Positions 13,018 through 26,070 of a stretch of 64,000 bases of DNA are shown here, one piece after another. Source of the DNA: Botryllus schlosseri (taxonomy: Eukaryota); NCBI GenBank assembly GCA_051294905.1, contig CM119386.1, positions 9,114,001-9,178,000 of the forward strand. Reading direction: 5' to 3'. Every line of letters starts with the position of its first letter. Within the stretch, counting starts at the first letter, position 1. The position numbers were made by a program, and so were the translations under genes. Under the pieces are notes generated by a model, which was not told the origin of the DNA, did no database searches, and saw only the letters and a program-made list of their open reading frames with translations.

Positions 13018-14470
13018 ACGTTCTACCCATACGAGATGACGTCATTTGCTACTATAGTAATCCTATAATCCGGTACAGTGGTACCCATGCCATGCAGCTG
13101 ATATCTATGTTGCTGTGACGTTTTTTCACATTTAAGCCTCCCGCATAAGCCTTCTTCACGATCGCTGAGAAGATGGAATACGTGAATGGAAAATAGTATA
13201 TATCTCATACACAAATGTGGTGCGGTTGTATATGTCATCATCACATTGAACTCATGAATGCTGACCTCACATGTGAAAGTCTTATACAATGCGCACCACG
13301 TAGTACCCTGCAGTAGCTCAGCCCGTTCCTAACATTCTAGCAATACACACAAATGTACGGCGGTACGCGCGCGTGTTTTGATAAGAAGTGGACAGTGGAC
13401 ACCTGTTCTCTGCTGAATAGATGCAATCAATAAAGACAACGAAATTTCGTATCAGCTCGTACTCACGGCAGCGATCAAATGACCGACATTTGTTGGAGAC
13501 GGCCCATTCCTTCGTAGGTTATATCTCAACTATTTCAAGGCGTGATAGACAAGCCTGTCGGGAAGTTTAATTACGAATATTCATGTGCAGTGCATCTAAC
13601 CTACTCTCCGTATAATAAATAATTCAGCACTGAGTAGCGTCAGACGTAATTTTCGTAAAGGTACGTACTGTACGTTGTACAGTACATGTTGTACGCGTAC
13701 GACCTTGTACCTTGGCGCACCCCGCATATAGGTCGTTTGATGCAGATTTGCTCTTTGATTTCATATCATGAAGGATAGGACAGGGCGATAAATTTGCGAC
13801 TCCTGGTGTGAGTGGAGTTTCGCGAAATGGTTCTTGTATTGCTTGGTATACGGTGCAATCGTGTGTTTTTATTTGCGGGTCTCAAACTAACTGATTCTTG
13901 AATCTCCATCTTAATTATTGCGCTAATATCATATTCAACCCGCGTTCCTGTGTCTATTGACGAGTGAATGGACGTGAAATTATAAATATTTGACTTCGTC
14001 AATTCCCTGGCGCCGTGCGATGCCTTTTTGCAAATCGAGTGAAGTGGTGGCGGACGGTTTTCAAGTACGCAGGCGGCTTGGAACGGAACAGGCGGCCATA
14101 CGCGGCTTACTTGTGTCAACTTTCCGCTTGGAGATAGGTAGTGCGTGTTCTTAATAGTGTAATATTAGTCCGAACGAGCGATCCCACCGCTAAAGTGTTC
14201 TTGACGCGAGAGATATCATCGATACCATTGAAATTTCGAGCGTATTGATAAGAACATAGCCGCGAGCTGTGAGAGTATAGCTGGATACAGGAGACGCGCG
14301 CAGGAAAGTGTGCCAGTTGTCGGGATGCGAGGCGTGGGAAGGTAGGGACTCCGCGTCCGTAAATGCCTTTGGGATTGTATGCGTGTATCTGTAGCGTCCG
14401 CGATCGACTTAATTATCAATGTTTATCTGCGTCATCGAAGATAGACGGGAAGCTTTGGTTTGCTAATACT

Positions 14471-14923
14471 TAGGGCTGGGCAAAATCGAGTACCTGAGTT
14501 GATTGGATTCAGAATGGAGTATTGGGTATCACTCAGTATGACGTCATAACAATATGAATGATGCGGAAAGTTCAAATATGTACCTTTTATGAAACAATCA
14601 GAAAAGCATGCCAGTTCTGTATCACATTAAAGATAACTTGGTATTTTTTCGACCCTATCTCTCATTGTGCTTTGTGCCAGTTGCTGCGGGCTGGCCACGA
14701 CTTCACAGATGTGCCATTTCCGCTGACGTACGAGTCTTTTTACTGGATGTTGTGTGTGCTGCGCTGGGACTAATCGAGGTTTCAATGCCTCCACGATGGA
14801 AAATAGTATAGATACTATAGTTCTCGCTCATAATATAACTCTTATTGGCAAGGAGCGTATAATTTCAGTTCTTGAAAACATGATCTCTTTCGAGTGAGTA
14901 CTCGAAGCATTGTAACCAGCCTA
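14471..14923 (+). mobile_element. hAT MITE family 1, diverged copy
   Basis: Starts TAGGGCTGGGCAAAATCGAGTACCTGAGT, collinear with the 23334 copy, degenerate right end. Confidence 0.8.
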
Positions 14924-17900
14924 ATGCGAGTAGTGATTCTTCGAGTCGAGAGTACAGCTACCGGTCCTCATGAATGTATGCAAATAACCATTGCGTTCTC
15001 GATGTCGTGATTATAGGAGCGATGCACGCAGCGGTGTGTTTGGAAATTCAAATTTTAGCGACTCCGCTCGGCATTTTCCCAGATACCGCCGCGTTGTGTG
15101 ACGCAATCTGGCAAACTATGGTATCTGCATTCCATCTTGACTGTCGACTGTGTCGAGGTTTCGGCACGCTTAATCGAATCATACGACAATTATGTCTCCT
15201 GTTTTTCTGACGATTACCAAAATGCCAGGCCATGACGTCAGGAAAAAGATCGACTATTGTCAGACACGATTACCTGGTACCTGGTATCCATCGGCTTTGG
15301 TATTTTCGAAATTAAGATCCATCTATCTCTTACTTTCCACCTATCTCCCCATCTTTTGCATATATACAAACTCGTATAATGCTATCGACCTTCTCAGATT
15401 CAGCACATAGAACACCCGAATTGTGTTCAGCATGTTTCAATAACAGTTTAATATATTGTACCGTTTTGCCAGCGATAACAGCACTGCTCAACTTTTGATG
15501 GATAGCGTCAACGAGGTAAAGACAAATAGCCACCTGTATTCTTATGTCATAGGGCATGCAAGTTGATGCGAGTGCATGAGTTGTATATCAGGCGTAACAG
15601 TCCCTGGTATTTATCACGATAACAGTCGCGATATTTATACGGGCTACCTGGCCGAGTTTCGTGTTGCTAGTATATTATGGCGGCTGTTGTTCAATGTTCA
15701 CCTTAGTCATTGTTGGCAACGTTGGTATCGGATGTAGCGACAGAGCCCGGATTGGTTGCTGTAATTCTTAAGCACAAGGATTTATTGTGGCATAACTTTG
15801 AAGCGCATCAGATGAAGAAATATAATTGTCCCAGTTGTATTTGACCAAGTACATAGTCGTGCGAAGAGAGACTGGATAACGATTAGTTTTTGTACGCTGA
15901 GACACTGTAGGTATAATTGGACATGCTCTTTATTATTTCCCTTGTGTATTTAGTTTCTGTTACTTCGTGAGGCGCGCAATGCGGAGACAAAAAGCCTTGA
16001 TGTCTTGATGCCAAGCCATCCGACTATGACAAATCACAGCGAAACATCTTAAGTGAATTTATTTCCAGAAACAAGCGATGCAGTGTTGTCGATGTTACAT
16101 GCAAAGGCGAGGCACGTAGTCGCTGGTTATAATTCAGCGTTATTGTAACGCAGACATAGGATATAAACTCGGATTGAACTGGCAATTTATTGTGTTCTCA
16201 TTGGTCTCGATATTCGATGTAGTTGTAAGTAGTTGGTACACGTGTTGAACGCGATTCTAGTGTTTCATGATGTAGCACTTTCAGTGTTGACATGATCGTG
16301 AAGTAATTCGCAGAAGTGACTTTTGGCTGTTCGTGCCTATGGCGCGAAAAGTGGGTGTTTAAATTGTAAGGAGGATCTGAGTTTTGGCCGGATTCTGGAT
16401 TTATGTGATCTATCCGCTGTCGGAGTGGGATATGCATGATTGGATTAACACCAGGAGTCTGTACTGAAAAATGAATTTAGATCAGATTTAGATTATGAGA
16501 ATATTGGGCAATTACTGCACTCTCCCAGTTTCATCGGTTGTGATGTCGTCGACATTATATTCTTATTTTCACCTGGATGAGACTTGATACTTTTAGCATT
16601 GCTAGTCGTATTATGCCCATATTTTGCTGTTGGATATGTTTGATTTGGTTCTGATTTAACGTGTAATCGATACGCATCGATAAAGACGGAGAAATCCACG
16701 ATTGCACAAGCTTGCGGCAGCAATTTTAGTTCGGAAATGTTGTTGGTTGGGGAATCTCCGCATCAAAACGCATTAACGCGAACACCTGTGTGTTTATATA
16801 ACCTTTGACCTCCTACTTTTAATGATATACCTCGTTGTGACAGGCACGGAATTACATTGAAGGGGTATGAGCAGTGAGCACCCCTGCTTATGAAACCCGC
16901 TCCAGGAACTATAGCCCACACTAAATATATTATCCTCAATAAGTTGTATGTTGAACTAGCTAAGACAAAGATTGTTAAATGCAATCTAATGAAGTTATAA
17001 ATCAGCGTTCCATCACGCAATTCTCAAGCACTGTCGGTTTATCTTTCTTAAAAGTGTTTGCCGAAAAATTTCATGCCCTAGCCTCATCCACTGCGGTGAT
17101 ATGATAACAGCTAATCGCTGTCACTTGTGTCTTATCGGTCATGTAACGTGCCGCTGGGAATTGCAAGTTCTTGTTCATGCTAATGCATCCCTACCTATTC
17201 TTGTCTCGAAAAATCTATACTAGCATCGTTACTTTGTTCTATATTCGGTTGCGGTCAATCTGCTATATTCCTCAATGCAGTTGAAGTCATGCGCAGCTCG
17301 TCAATCCCACCCCCAAAGAAATCAATGTTTTAGCCAGTCATGAAGGTGTTTCAAGTTGAAGGCGGTTCAGGTATGTTATGACCTTGCAGGCAGAACGGTT
17401 CTGGCCCTTCTGGGCCCTGCTAGCAGCAGCAGAACAAAATATGAAATGTGTGATGTAATTGCAATCATATATATATTAATGAAGGTGATGTACCTTGCCT
17501 AAGTGGACGTAGTGTTAGAAAATCATATATTGTTAACAGCATTTTACACTGCGTCAAAAAAGAGCTGAATGAAAAGAGTGACAAATTAATCATGATGTCT
17601 ACGCATGTATCATTGTAGTTTCGGTGACGTAAAAATGTTCAACTTAACTCGTCTTTTGTGTCTCTGGGTTGCGTCCGATTGTATCGGAGCGAAACTGCTT
17701 CTGGAACTCTTAATGCCGCTGTACAATACATATTTAGCTTATCTGTAGAATCCAAATCCGAAGCCTAATTCATTCACAACCGACACATGAAATCGATTGT
17801 CTATGGCCCGACCCGGTTTATGAAACTTTATATACCTTATCCGAATCCGGTTAATACTATCTGTGACGTACCCGCACTTTACAGCAGTGGCATATTACGT

Positions 17901-20070
17901 CATAAACCGACCTCGAGGGCGATCTGTCGTTACACCTAATCTAATCATTAATGCTCATTTCTGGGAATATCGCGTATGATTGCGCAGTTATATAATCTCA
18001 CACGGGCCATTGTGCCGTGAACAATATCCCTCGGTGTACATGTCAGAATTCTTTGCCCCGGGTGAGAATCGCCGATGTAACGCGATGCTTTCAATTGTCA
18101 CTGTCATCCTTCGCTATTTTTGTGTTCTGTACATTGGCCCGGGTGTGTGTGTCACTGTCCAGCGTCCATTCCTTAGTAAGCGACTGGAGGTGTCGGTAAC
18201 CGCCACTAATCGCACATGGAATGGAAAAATTCTGCGAATCTTGCTTCAGGCTTGTAGATTTCACCTTGTTGTCGTTGTTGAATGTAGCGCCGTGTCTTGT
18301 TTGATGCTTTTGCGATATATCCTCACCGTATCATTGGACTTCTTGTACGTGTATAGCAGACAGATGTGTGATCACTCTGATCAGCGACAGGTAAAGCGCA
18401 GATCCCATTTCAAAGAACGAGCCCACCAGCTTTTTTCTGTCGCAAACCAGTGTTGAATGTGTGCGATCGCATTATGATAGTGCCGGTGGTGGTGTGCCGC
18501 ACAAGTGTGTTAAAATCGGTTAGGTTTGTGGATATGTCCCGACAACAGCGATCGGCTGATATGTAGGATTTGGGGATTATCTGATCGGTAGAAATCTAAC
18601 AATATCGTGAGGGAGGTCATTATGCTGTCGCATTGCTTGCAAGTACTTTGATTATTTCGTTATATGTACGTCAGGTCTGGGGACGTTTTGTAATTCTTAT
18701 GCTGCGTTGAGCGTTGGTGCTTGTTATTGCCCGTTCCAGGTTGCTATGATCCATTGTATGCCCCACTCAATGTTGGACTGTCACTAATAATATCCGCATT
18801 TCTGACGTGATAAACCACCTTCCTGGTTTCGCATCATGAATCGCGTTTAGAATTACAATGGCTTATAGTTGAAACTGATAAATTACATATTGTTGCATCC
18901 CGCAACGTGACGGACAAGTGGCAACATTCTTCGCCGAACTTGGTCAGACTTTGGCTGTGCACTAGAGCTAATTGCCGCTGAGCGAGTGTTATCTCTGTCA
19001 AGAATTTTGTTATTTTCGAAGAGAACAGGCATTTTGTCCACTTCGTAATTTGCACGCGATGTCGCGATGAAGTCCTGGAAAATACATCAGTTCACCTCGT
19101 CGTTAGAAACGTCAGTAGACAATGTCAGGATACGTTTGCACTTCGGTATCAGTAGATTATATAGAGCAGGACACTTATTCCGTCGCTAGCTCACATTACC
19201 GTCGGTGCGCACTCGGCATATTACTATCACTCTGGAAACTTACACACGTCGCTGTGACGTCTTATTCAGCAGTCATAATAGGCAGTGTCACTATAGGTAA
19301 CAATCGCTTATACGATATTTGTCGGGCTACTTTTAGGTCACTCTGTTTGTTTGTGAATATTGGCAAACTTTCATTCGTTACGGTCGTACTACACACTCTC
19401 GCCTTTCTTGCGTATGGCCCCGTTGAGGATTATTTGTATAAATCGCGCTGCAAATATTATTATCTCACCAAGCTGCGTGTGAGCCCATTCCCGGAGGAGT
19501 TGGTGTATGATGGTGATGGTGTTCCATTTATGATATCAGGGTACCTTCGCAGTGTCAGATTCCAAAAGAAAATGCATTTTCATGTACTAGATTCGTGGAG
19601 TGAGATGGTTCATACTCAAGAAATGTTACTGCTGAAACGCAGTTTGTTTCAGAATTTCTCAAGGATCGGTAGCTAAAGAGCAAGCGCTCGAGAATCATTT
19701 TGAGTTCGATTGGTGCTGTGTGCTTCGTGCTCTCGCGAATTATGCGGACCTCCATCCGCGGCCTTGTTGTCAGCACACATATCAATGCAGCTGAGGCAGA
19801 ACGTTGTTAATTATGCAAAGCGTTCTACAGGTGCGATGGATGTTTTATCTATTTCATAGCACGTAATAGCACCCGCAGTGAAGGCTATTATCTGGCGCAA
19901 TATTTATTGTACAGACGCATTTTGAGAGGAATTGAATGACACAGATTTAGCGCCGCGTTTATTTCCGCGTGATGGATATTGCGTCTTTGCAAAGGGTGCT
20001 TTTTTCGCCCGAAATCACAAACTAAACCTTCCTTGTTGTTAGGATAGAAACAATGCGTTAATACACTGTA

Positions 20071-20558
20071 ATGGACGCGGCGAATTGTATCGGGAAGGTC
20101 TTGAAAGGCTCTGCTATGACAATACCACACACCCTGCCGATCGTGCCGATCATACATTGCAACGACGGCCCGCTCGTGGAGAGAAAGGAACGCAGTAGTG
20201 ATGCTAAGTTGGAGGAATATACTGAAAGGCGTCAGTTTTACAAGTTTCAATCGTTGTCCTGTGGGGAAATGAAGGGTACCTCTGCGAGCACCGATACATA
20301 TGACTGTGACACCAATAATAACACCTCAGCCGAGAAGGCTACCAACTCCACTGCACCTTGGCGGCGTCGGGACGTACACGATCGTTATCACGCACTCTCG
20401 GAAGACTCCGATAGCGACGTGGAGACTTCCAAAGGGCGCACACTGCTAGTGCTGCCTAAATTGTCAATCGGGAGACGGCGGACTTATGGCCAGCAAGCTT
20501 TAAGAGAATGGCAAGATGATGCCAAGCAGAATCAGTACCGTAGACACTCATGGATTTG
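20071..20558 (+). CDS. PDE4: PDE4 alternative first coding exon B (long isoform, PDE4D3/PDE4B4-like RRHSWIC end)
   Basis: ATG 20071 plus 162 codons + 2 nt, ending TCA TGG ATT TG|gtaagc. Splicing to 41991 gives YRRHSWIC-FDENG, versus recalled PDE4D3 PFRRHSWIC-FDVDNG. Confidence 0.87.
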
Positions 20559-20595
20559 GTAAGCGGCATGTTTATATTTTCGGGGTTGTCTGGCT

Positions 20596-21027
20596 CACTT
20601 GTTCCCAACGTGAGTGATATCGCCCCCCGCCCCCCAGTGGACAATTTTGAGAAGAAAAAAAATAGGAATACCCAAGGGGGCGACTGGAGGGCGGATAGTG
20701 GGCGAAAATGTATGATAATGAAATATATTTATTAAACTATTTAATAAACACGGTAAAAAAAATGCACGTGAAACCGGCTTAATCGGCATATGACGCGAAA
20801 GAAAGGTCAACTCAACTGAAAGTAAACGCGGAAACCGGTATACCGATCACCGATATACCATCTCGACAAAATAGCATTCTTTAGTAAATTCACCAGCGAT
20901 TATATTTAAATGGATAAATTTTCCGAATATATGTCCTCTTTGTCGTATCCGTAAATATGGGGGGGGAATGAAAATTTATGTCGAGATTGATAAGGGGGCG
21001 ATGATTCCAAAATGTTGGGAACAACTG
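20596..21027. mobile_element. hAT MITE family 2 (432 bp)
   Basis: TIRs cacttgttcccaac ... gttgggaacaactg; TSD GTCTGGCT / GTCTAGTT; 37 bp into the intron after exon B. Confidence 0.8.
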
Positions 21028-23333
21028 GTCTAGTTGGAATGGTAAATCGAGAGAGGTAAATATTGTTACAAACAAACCATCGCGCGGGGTTATTGTGACA
21101 TTGTAATAACTGTTTACGACGCAGTACAGGCAGTAGGGATATACGTTTCAAACTTTGCGCTCTGTGATAATTCCATTTCAAAAAGGCTAAAAGGTTATGA
21201 TGCTGCATTACGGTACGGCCACATGACTTGCCTAAATGCGGTGATTTGGGACGATTTTCACGCATTTTTCATGAAGGCTGATTAAAACCTGATTTACAAA
21301 TCACCAGCTTGAAATGCGTATATTGTCACTTGTTGTGTTGGATTTTGTACATTGGTAGGATCTACATCTATATGTATAGGCTATATACAGTCTCAGACAG
21401 ACCCGATAGCGAGTACATATGGATGACCGCAGATGTGGCCAGGGTAAATTTTGTAAAGGTATATTTCGAAATTCGTTAGGATGGGGCGAATATTTTAAGC
21501 AATAACACAACGTCATCGATCCGTTGTGACGCAAATGACAAAGTCGAAAACTTTGTACGGAGCAGGGGGCGATATGTGTGGCAAGACTGGCAACTGTCAT
21601 ATAGGACTTGTTGCGGAGATGTAGGCCTGTTATGGGCACCATAATCATATCTATATTTAGAGGATTGAATAAGTTGTTGTTAATCAACGATTTTTGGCGA
21701 TGAAATATTTGCCGGATTAATGACTAGCGCATTGGACCCCGGCGGCCGCGGAGCGTAGAATTGGCGGAACCGGTCTAGAACTTTTGTGACTGCAGAAATT
21801 ATCTGGTTGCTGAAGCTCTGTCGTACGCGAGGATCAATGATATTTTTACCATTGGTTTCGTATTCTCTTCCCCCTCTTTATGGATTTCGTTAGGTCGCGC
21901 ACGAATCGGTTCAATACGGAAAATCACTTCTATGTTGTCATCACAAATCGGTTTTCTCTCGGGAGCCGAGATGGGTTTAGTTCGAAAAAGCGTTGGTGAG
22001 AGCCATGTCATAATCTCGCCCGACCTTTCGTATCATATGATTACGTCGGTGAGGGTATTGGAGGAGACCGTTTGCAACTGCCTTTGTATTGCTGAGTCCG
22101 GTAATATAATGCAAGGTCCCGAGGGGCTGGATTGTTGCTTGACTTCAGAGAGAATGGGAACTTGGTACAAAAACTGGTGCCGTGTACGGTTAGGAACCCA
22201 AATTGCTTGTAGGTCAGCGGTTGTAGTTGTTTGATAGAGTGTCTTGGAGTTGACAGTGCGTTTTTGTTTGGAGGGTAATACGCCATTGTGACCGTCAGAA
22301 AGTAATGAAACTCGTAGTTAAAACATGTGAAGTGAGTGTTGTCCCGCACCATGCAGATGTGGTGGTAGCGCCCAGAAGTAAATAATATTTCCCCGAAATT
22401 GGAATAGTTTGAAACTCATCGGGCAATTCGAATTGTGTAGTGCACATATATTAAATATTGTTTATTTTTAGTCCAAGGCCTATAAATTTTCTATGCTTGA
22501 TAAACCCTATGTAGTTAGTTGTTGTTGAAGATATTGGATGATTAACAATTATACTTGGGAACCTTGACCACGATAAATGCCTCGTTATTACCTAGCCGGG
22601 TTTTGGGGCTGAGATATGGTGTTTTTGTGAGCGCAAGCGCTACGTCAAGATATATATAACACGCAGTTTACGACGGGTAGCATGCCCGTCTTTTTGAGAG
22701 CATGCTTATGAGGAAAGATGTTGTGGTGGCATTGTGGGATTTCGTTTTATGTTGTGGTGGTATTGTGGCATAGGCGCCGAACCTGGGCATGCAAGGCATG
22801 CCAGGCATACCTAGACATTTTTTTAGGTATGCGGCATGCCTAGAATTCGGTTTGGAATGAATCGGCATAAACCCCGATTGTGTTATTTAGAATGAATCGC
22901 AATGTATTTCCGTTTACGACATTACCTGCTACCGCTTATGTGAGCGAGGTAACCCGTTGCGCGCGGCCAATTAGCTACAAGCGCGTTGCCAATTAACGAG
23001 ATTTGTCTGTGCGCAATGTAACGCGACGCGATCTCCCGCTGAGATGATCGCGAAATTGTGTCATTGATTGCCGTGCGCTCGGCAATCATCGCTTGGGACG
23101 CTTGCCTGCTTTATCGCGTCTCCGACAAGCCTAGTTTCACTCGCTTGAGCATGATTAACAATCACATCAGCAGTAGGCCCGGTGCCATCGCTGCCTGCAC
23201 TATCGCATCTGCATTGGTGCACACGATATTATTGCTTGCCTACACAATCGCATCTGCAATAGGCCTGGTACGAAAGATATCATCGCTGGCCAGTGGCCAA
23301 CTATCGCGTCTAGAGCAGAGCATGTGTTGGCTC

Positions 23334-23850
23334 TAGGGCTGGGCAAAATCGAGTACCTGAGTGATTCGATTCTGAATCACGTAAAATGCTTCGAGTCGAG
23401 TCGAGTATTCGAGTATCACTCATTATGACGTCACAAAATAATGTAATATGTCAAAGTTCAAATATGTACATTTTATGCCACCAACGAAGAACATAATGCC
23501 TGTAACCCGTCACATTAATGATAATTCGGTTTTTTTTTCGACCATACCGACTTCATTGCACTTCTTGACAATGTTGTGGAACGATCATTACTTCCGAAAT
23601 GTGTTATTTTCAGTAACGTTCGTAGCTTTCTACTATGTCTATTATGCTGCGACAGGGCCAATCAAGGTTTTAAGGCTTCCTCAGTGGAAAATAGTATCAA
23701 AACTATAATTGTCGTTTGTAAATTAACTTTCAGTTGCGAGGAGCGTATAATTTCAGTACTCGAAAAAATCGTCATTTACTACTCGACTCGAATCATTAAA
23801 ATTAATACTCGATTCAGATTCGAGTACTCGAATCATTGTGCCCAGCCCTA
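23334..23850 (+). mobile_element. hAT MITE family 1 (517 bp), full length
   Basis: TIR TAGGGCTGGGCA at both ends; perfect TSD GTTGGCTC. Confidence 0.93.
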
Positions 23851-23980
23851 GTTGGCTCCCATCTCTCGAGCCTAGCATGCGTTAGCTCCAATCTTTCGAT
23901 GGCTTGGTGACAATGCCGTTAGGTGTTTGTTATTAGCGATTGTAATTAAAGAGCGACATCGCTGAACTGAATGACATCGA

Positions 23981-24021
23981 ATGTCCGCAGACATGTGCGA
24001 TTGTGAGTGCGCCGTGCATGC
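23981..24021 (+). CDS. Weak candidate mini first exon (MSADMCDCECAVHA)
   Basis: ATG, 13 codons + 2 nt, donor GC|gtaagt, phase compatible with 41991. No homology support. Confidence 0.2.
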
Positions 24022-24406
24022 GTAAGTGAATTCCGCTAATACCTAAACATAATCATCAGAAGATGTGTGTCAACTGTCAAGGCTTGAGTTGTAAAAGACG
24101 AGAAAGGTTTGAACAACCTGAAATCGGTGCCATAATAGAACAGATACCATAACTACTCTGACATTTTGCCTTGCGCAAATCGTCGCCGAGGTTACGTAAT
24201 ACGCGTTGATAAGCGGCGTATTTAATTGTTCGCTAGCGGCAGGGACTCGCTAATTGACAGCACTTCCGGACTCGTTGACAAGCTTATCATACGGCATACG
24301 CGCAAGTTTGTTAACACGAAGATATTGCATAATCGGCATTTATGCAGGCACTTAACCCTCATGAATTGATGCTATATTATCCCTAATTATCAATTCCGTC
24401 GGATCA

Positions 24407-24430
24407 TGACGTCATTCCTTTGTGACGTCA
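24407..24430. promoter_or_regulatory. Paired perfect CRE sites (TGACGTCA at 24407 and 24423)
   Basis: Two palindromes 16 bp apart, outside any recognised repeat, about 40 bp upstream of a candidate mini exon. Confidence 0.5.
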
Positions 24431-24470
24431 TCGAACTCGCATGCCTAAGGAAAATTAGCGTTCGGCGCCT

Positions 24471-24514
24471 ATGTATTGTGGTATTTCGTTTTCGTATGGA
24501 TTTACATGTCAATG
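24471..24514 (+). CDS. Weak candidate mini first exon (MYCGISFSYGFTCQC)
   Basis: ATG, 14 codons + TG|gtatgt (phase 2; gives ...C-FDENG like several vertebrate isoforms), directly downstream of the CRE pair. Confidence 0.27.
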
Positions 24515-25774
24515 GTATGTGTTCAGGTTTATCTTGCGCCGTGGTGAAAACCACTGAAAAACAGTGGATCGGTGCCAACAATGGTTTTTACACTAGATGT
24601 ATTTTCTGACGCAAATCCACCCATTTATCCCACAATATTTGTCTGAAGGTTTACGCCCTATGTACTTCCTATCGCAACTTACCGATTTACCAGGGCGAAG
24701 CATTGGTTTTGCTCATCGGCGACTTGTTTCTTACGAAATAGTTATTTGGTATCGAGCCTGAAACCCTTGCTGTCCGAGACCAGAGGTGTAATAACTAGAG
24801 TGGCAGTTCGTGATGCAAATCCTAATACCGTCTGCCTGTCTCTATTGATACAGGATTGGGAATTGGTGCCTTTTCATCACCAACCACATTAGAGTTGATC
24901 GAGTTCGTAATCTTTTATCATTATTTTGTAGTATTGACCTCTCGTGCTGCGGATGCTTTACATTGATGTGGTATCTGCGTTGGAGCTTTCGGTTCACGCG
25001 ATACCCCAGTTGGCACCCGATGACATATAGCGCATCGCGATGATATATTCATGTTCTATTGATGGGTAACAGCAACGCGCAATATTATATCGCCAATCCA
25101 ATTATGTGCGCAATCCGCCGTCCCATGACGGGAATTGCGAGCCGCTGCATGATCAATAATTCATGTCTGCCGACGGCAGAATACTTTCCATTCCAAGGTC
25201 GTATATTACGTATTAGAAAATCACGCTAATTCCGTCGGAAATGCAGCGGTTATCACCCGTCGGTGACGCTAACCAGACCTGTATCGCGCTGCAAAATTTG
25301 ACTAACCTGTAGAACTAGTCCCTTGTGCACATAACTCATAGCCCATATTGATATTCCTGAGTTGTTTCGGGTTCCGTAGTTGTAAAGTAAGTATTCCCTG
25401 CAGCAGGGGCAGTCATACGCATAATTCCCCAAGTGATAATTAGGAAAATGTAACCGGGCGACCTGATGAGGTGATGGGTACCCACGCTGTTTGTGTAAAT
25501 TGATCTCGGTCGCGCCTTGCTGGTATATTGTGTCCCGTGTGTTATGGTCGCGTTGGAGCAATTAGCATTGTAATTCTAGAATGTTTGTGAATTCGGGGAC
25601 CATAATTTGTAAACGCTGTCCTGGGGCTGCACAGTGAGATCTTCTGTCCCATTTTAATATCATGCACTGTGGTTTCATAATATGCGGCGTCACAATTAGC
25701 AAGAGCATCCGACGCCCTATTTCGGTGTTCGGAAATCGTTTGTTCGATGTTATTTGTATTCTGTATAAGCTCTG

Positions 25775-26070
25775 CTGGGCGCAATGATTCGACTAATTGA
25801 TGTGGATACTGAATCGAGTATAAATTCTAATGATGCGATTCGGGTAGTGAGAGACGATATTTTTCTAGTACTGAAATTTTACGGTCACTACGAATTATGT
25901 ATTAACGTAATGGTCCGATACCATTTTCCATTGTGGAAGCCTTGAAACCTTGTTTGGTCGTTTATCAGCAGACGAAAAATGTGGTACAAAGCTAGGCACG
26001 TCACATGAAAGTACGGTAACATATCCGTGAAGTCGTGATTGACCCACAGCATTGTCAGAAAGCGCAATGA
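25775..26070 (-). mobile_element. hAT MITE family 1, old partial copy
   Basis: Collinear with 365-660 (gctgggcgcaatgattcga...gccttgaaaccttg...attgtca). Confidence 0.65.

Noticed and set aside
14325-14341. Tiny phase-2 exon candidate MRGVGS with AG|gtaggg
   Set aside because: Only five codons, a mediocre donor and no supporting evidence; within chance expectation.
17980-18456. 158-aa ORF containing a strong donor CAG|gtaaag at 18391
   Set aside because: The donor is phase 0 in the long frame, the phase-2 frame has no ATG, and there is no homology.
19122-19676. 184-aa + strand ORF in the intron before exon B
   Set aside because: No recognisable domain, no phase-2 donor at its end, random-like composition; treated as chance.
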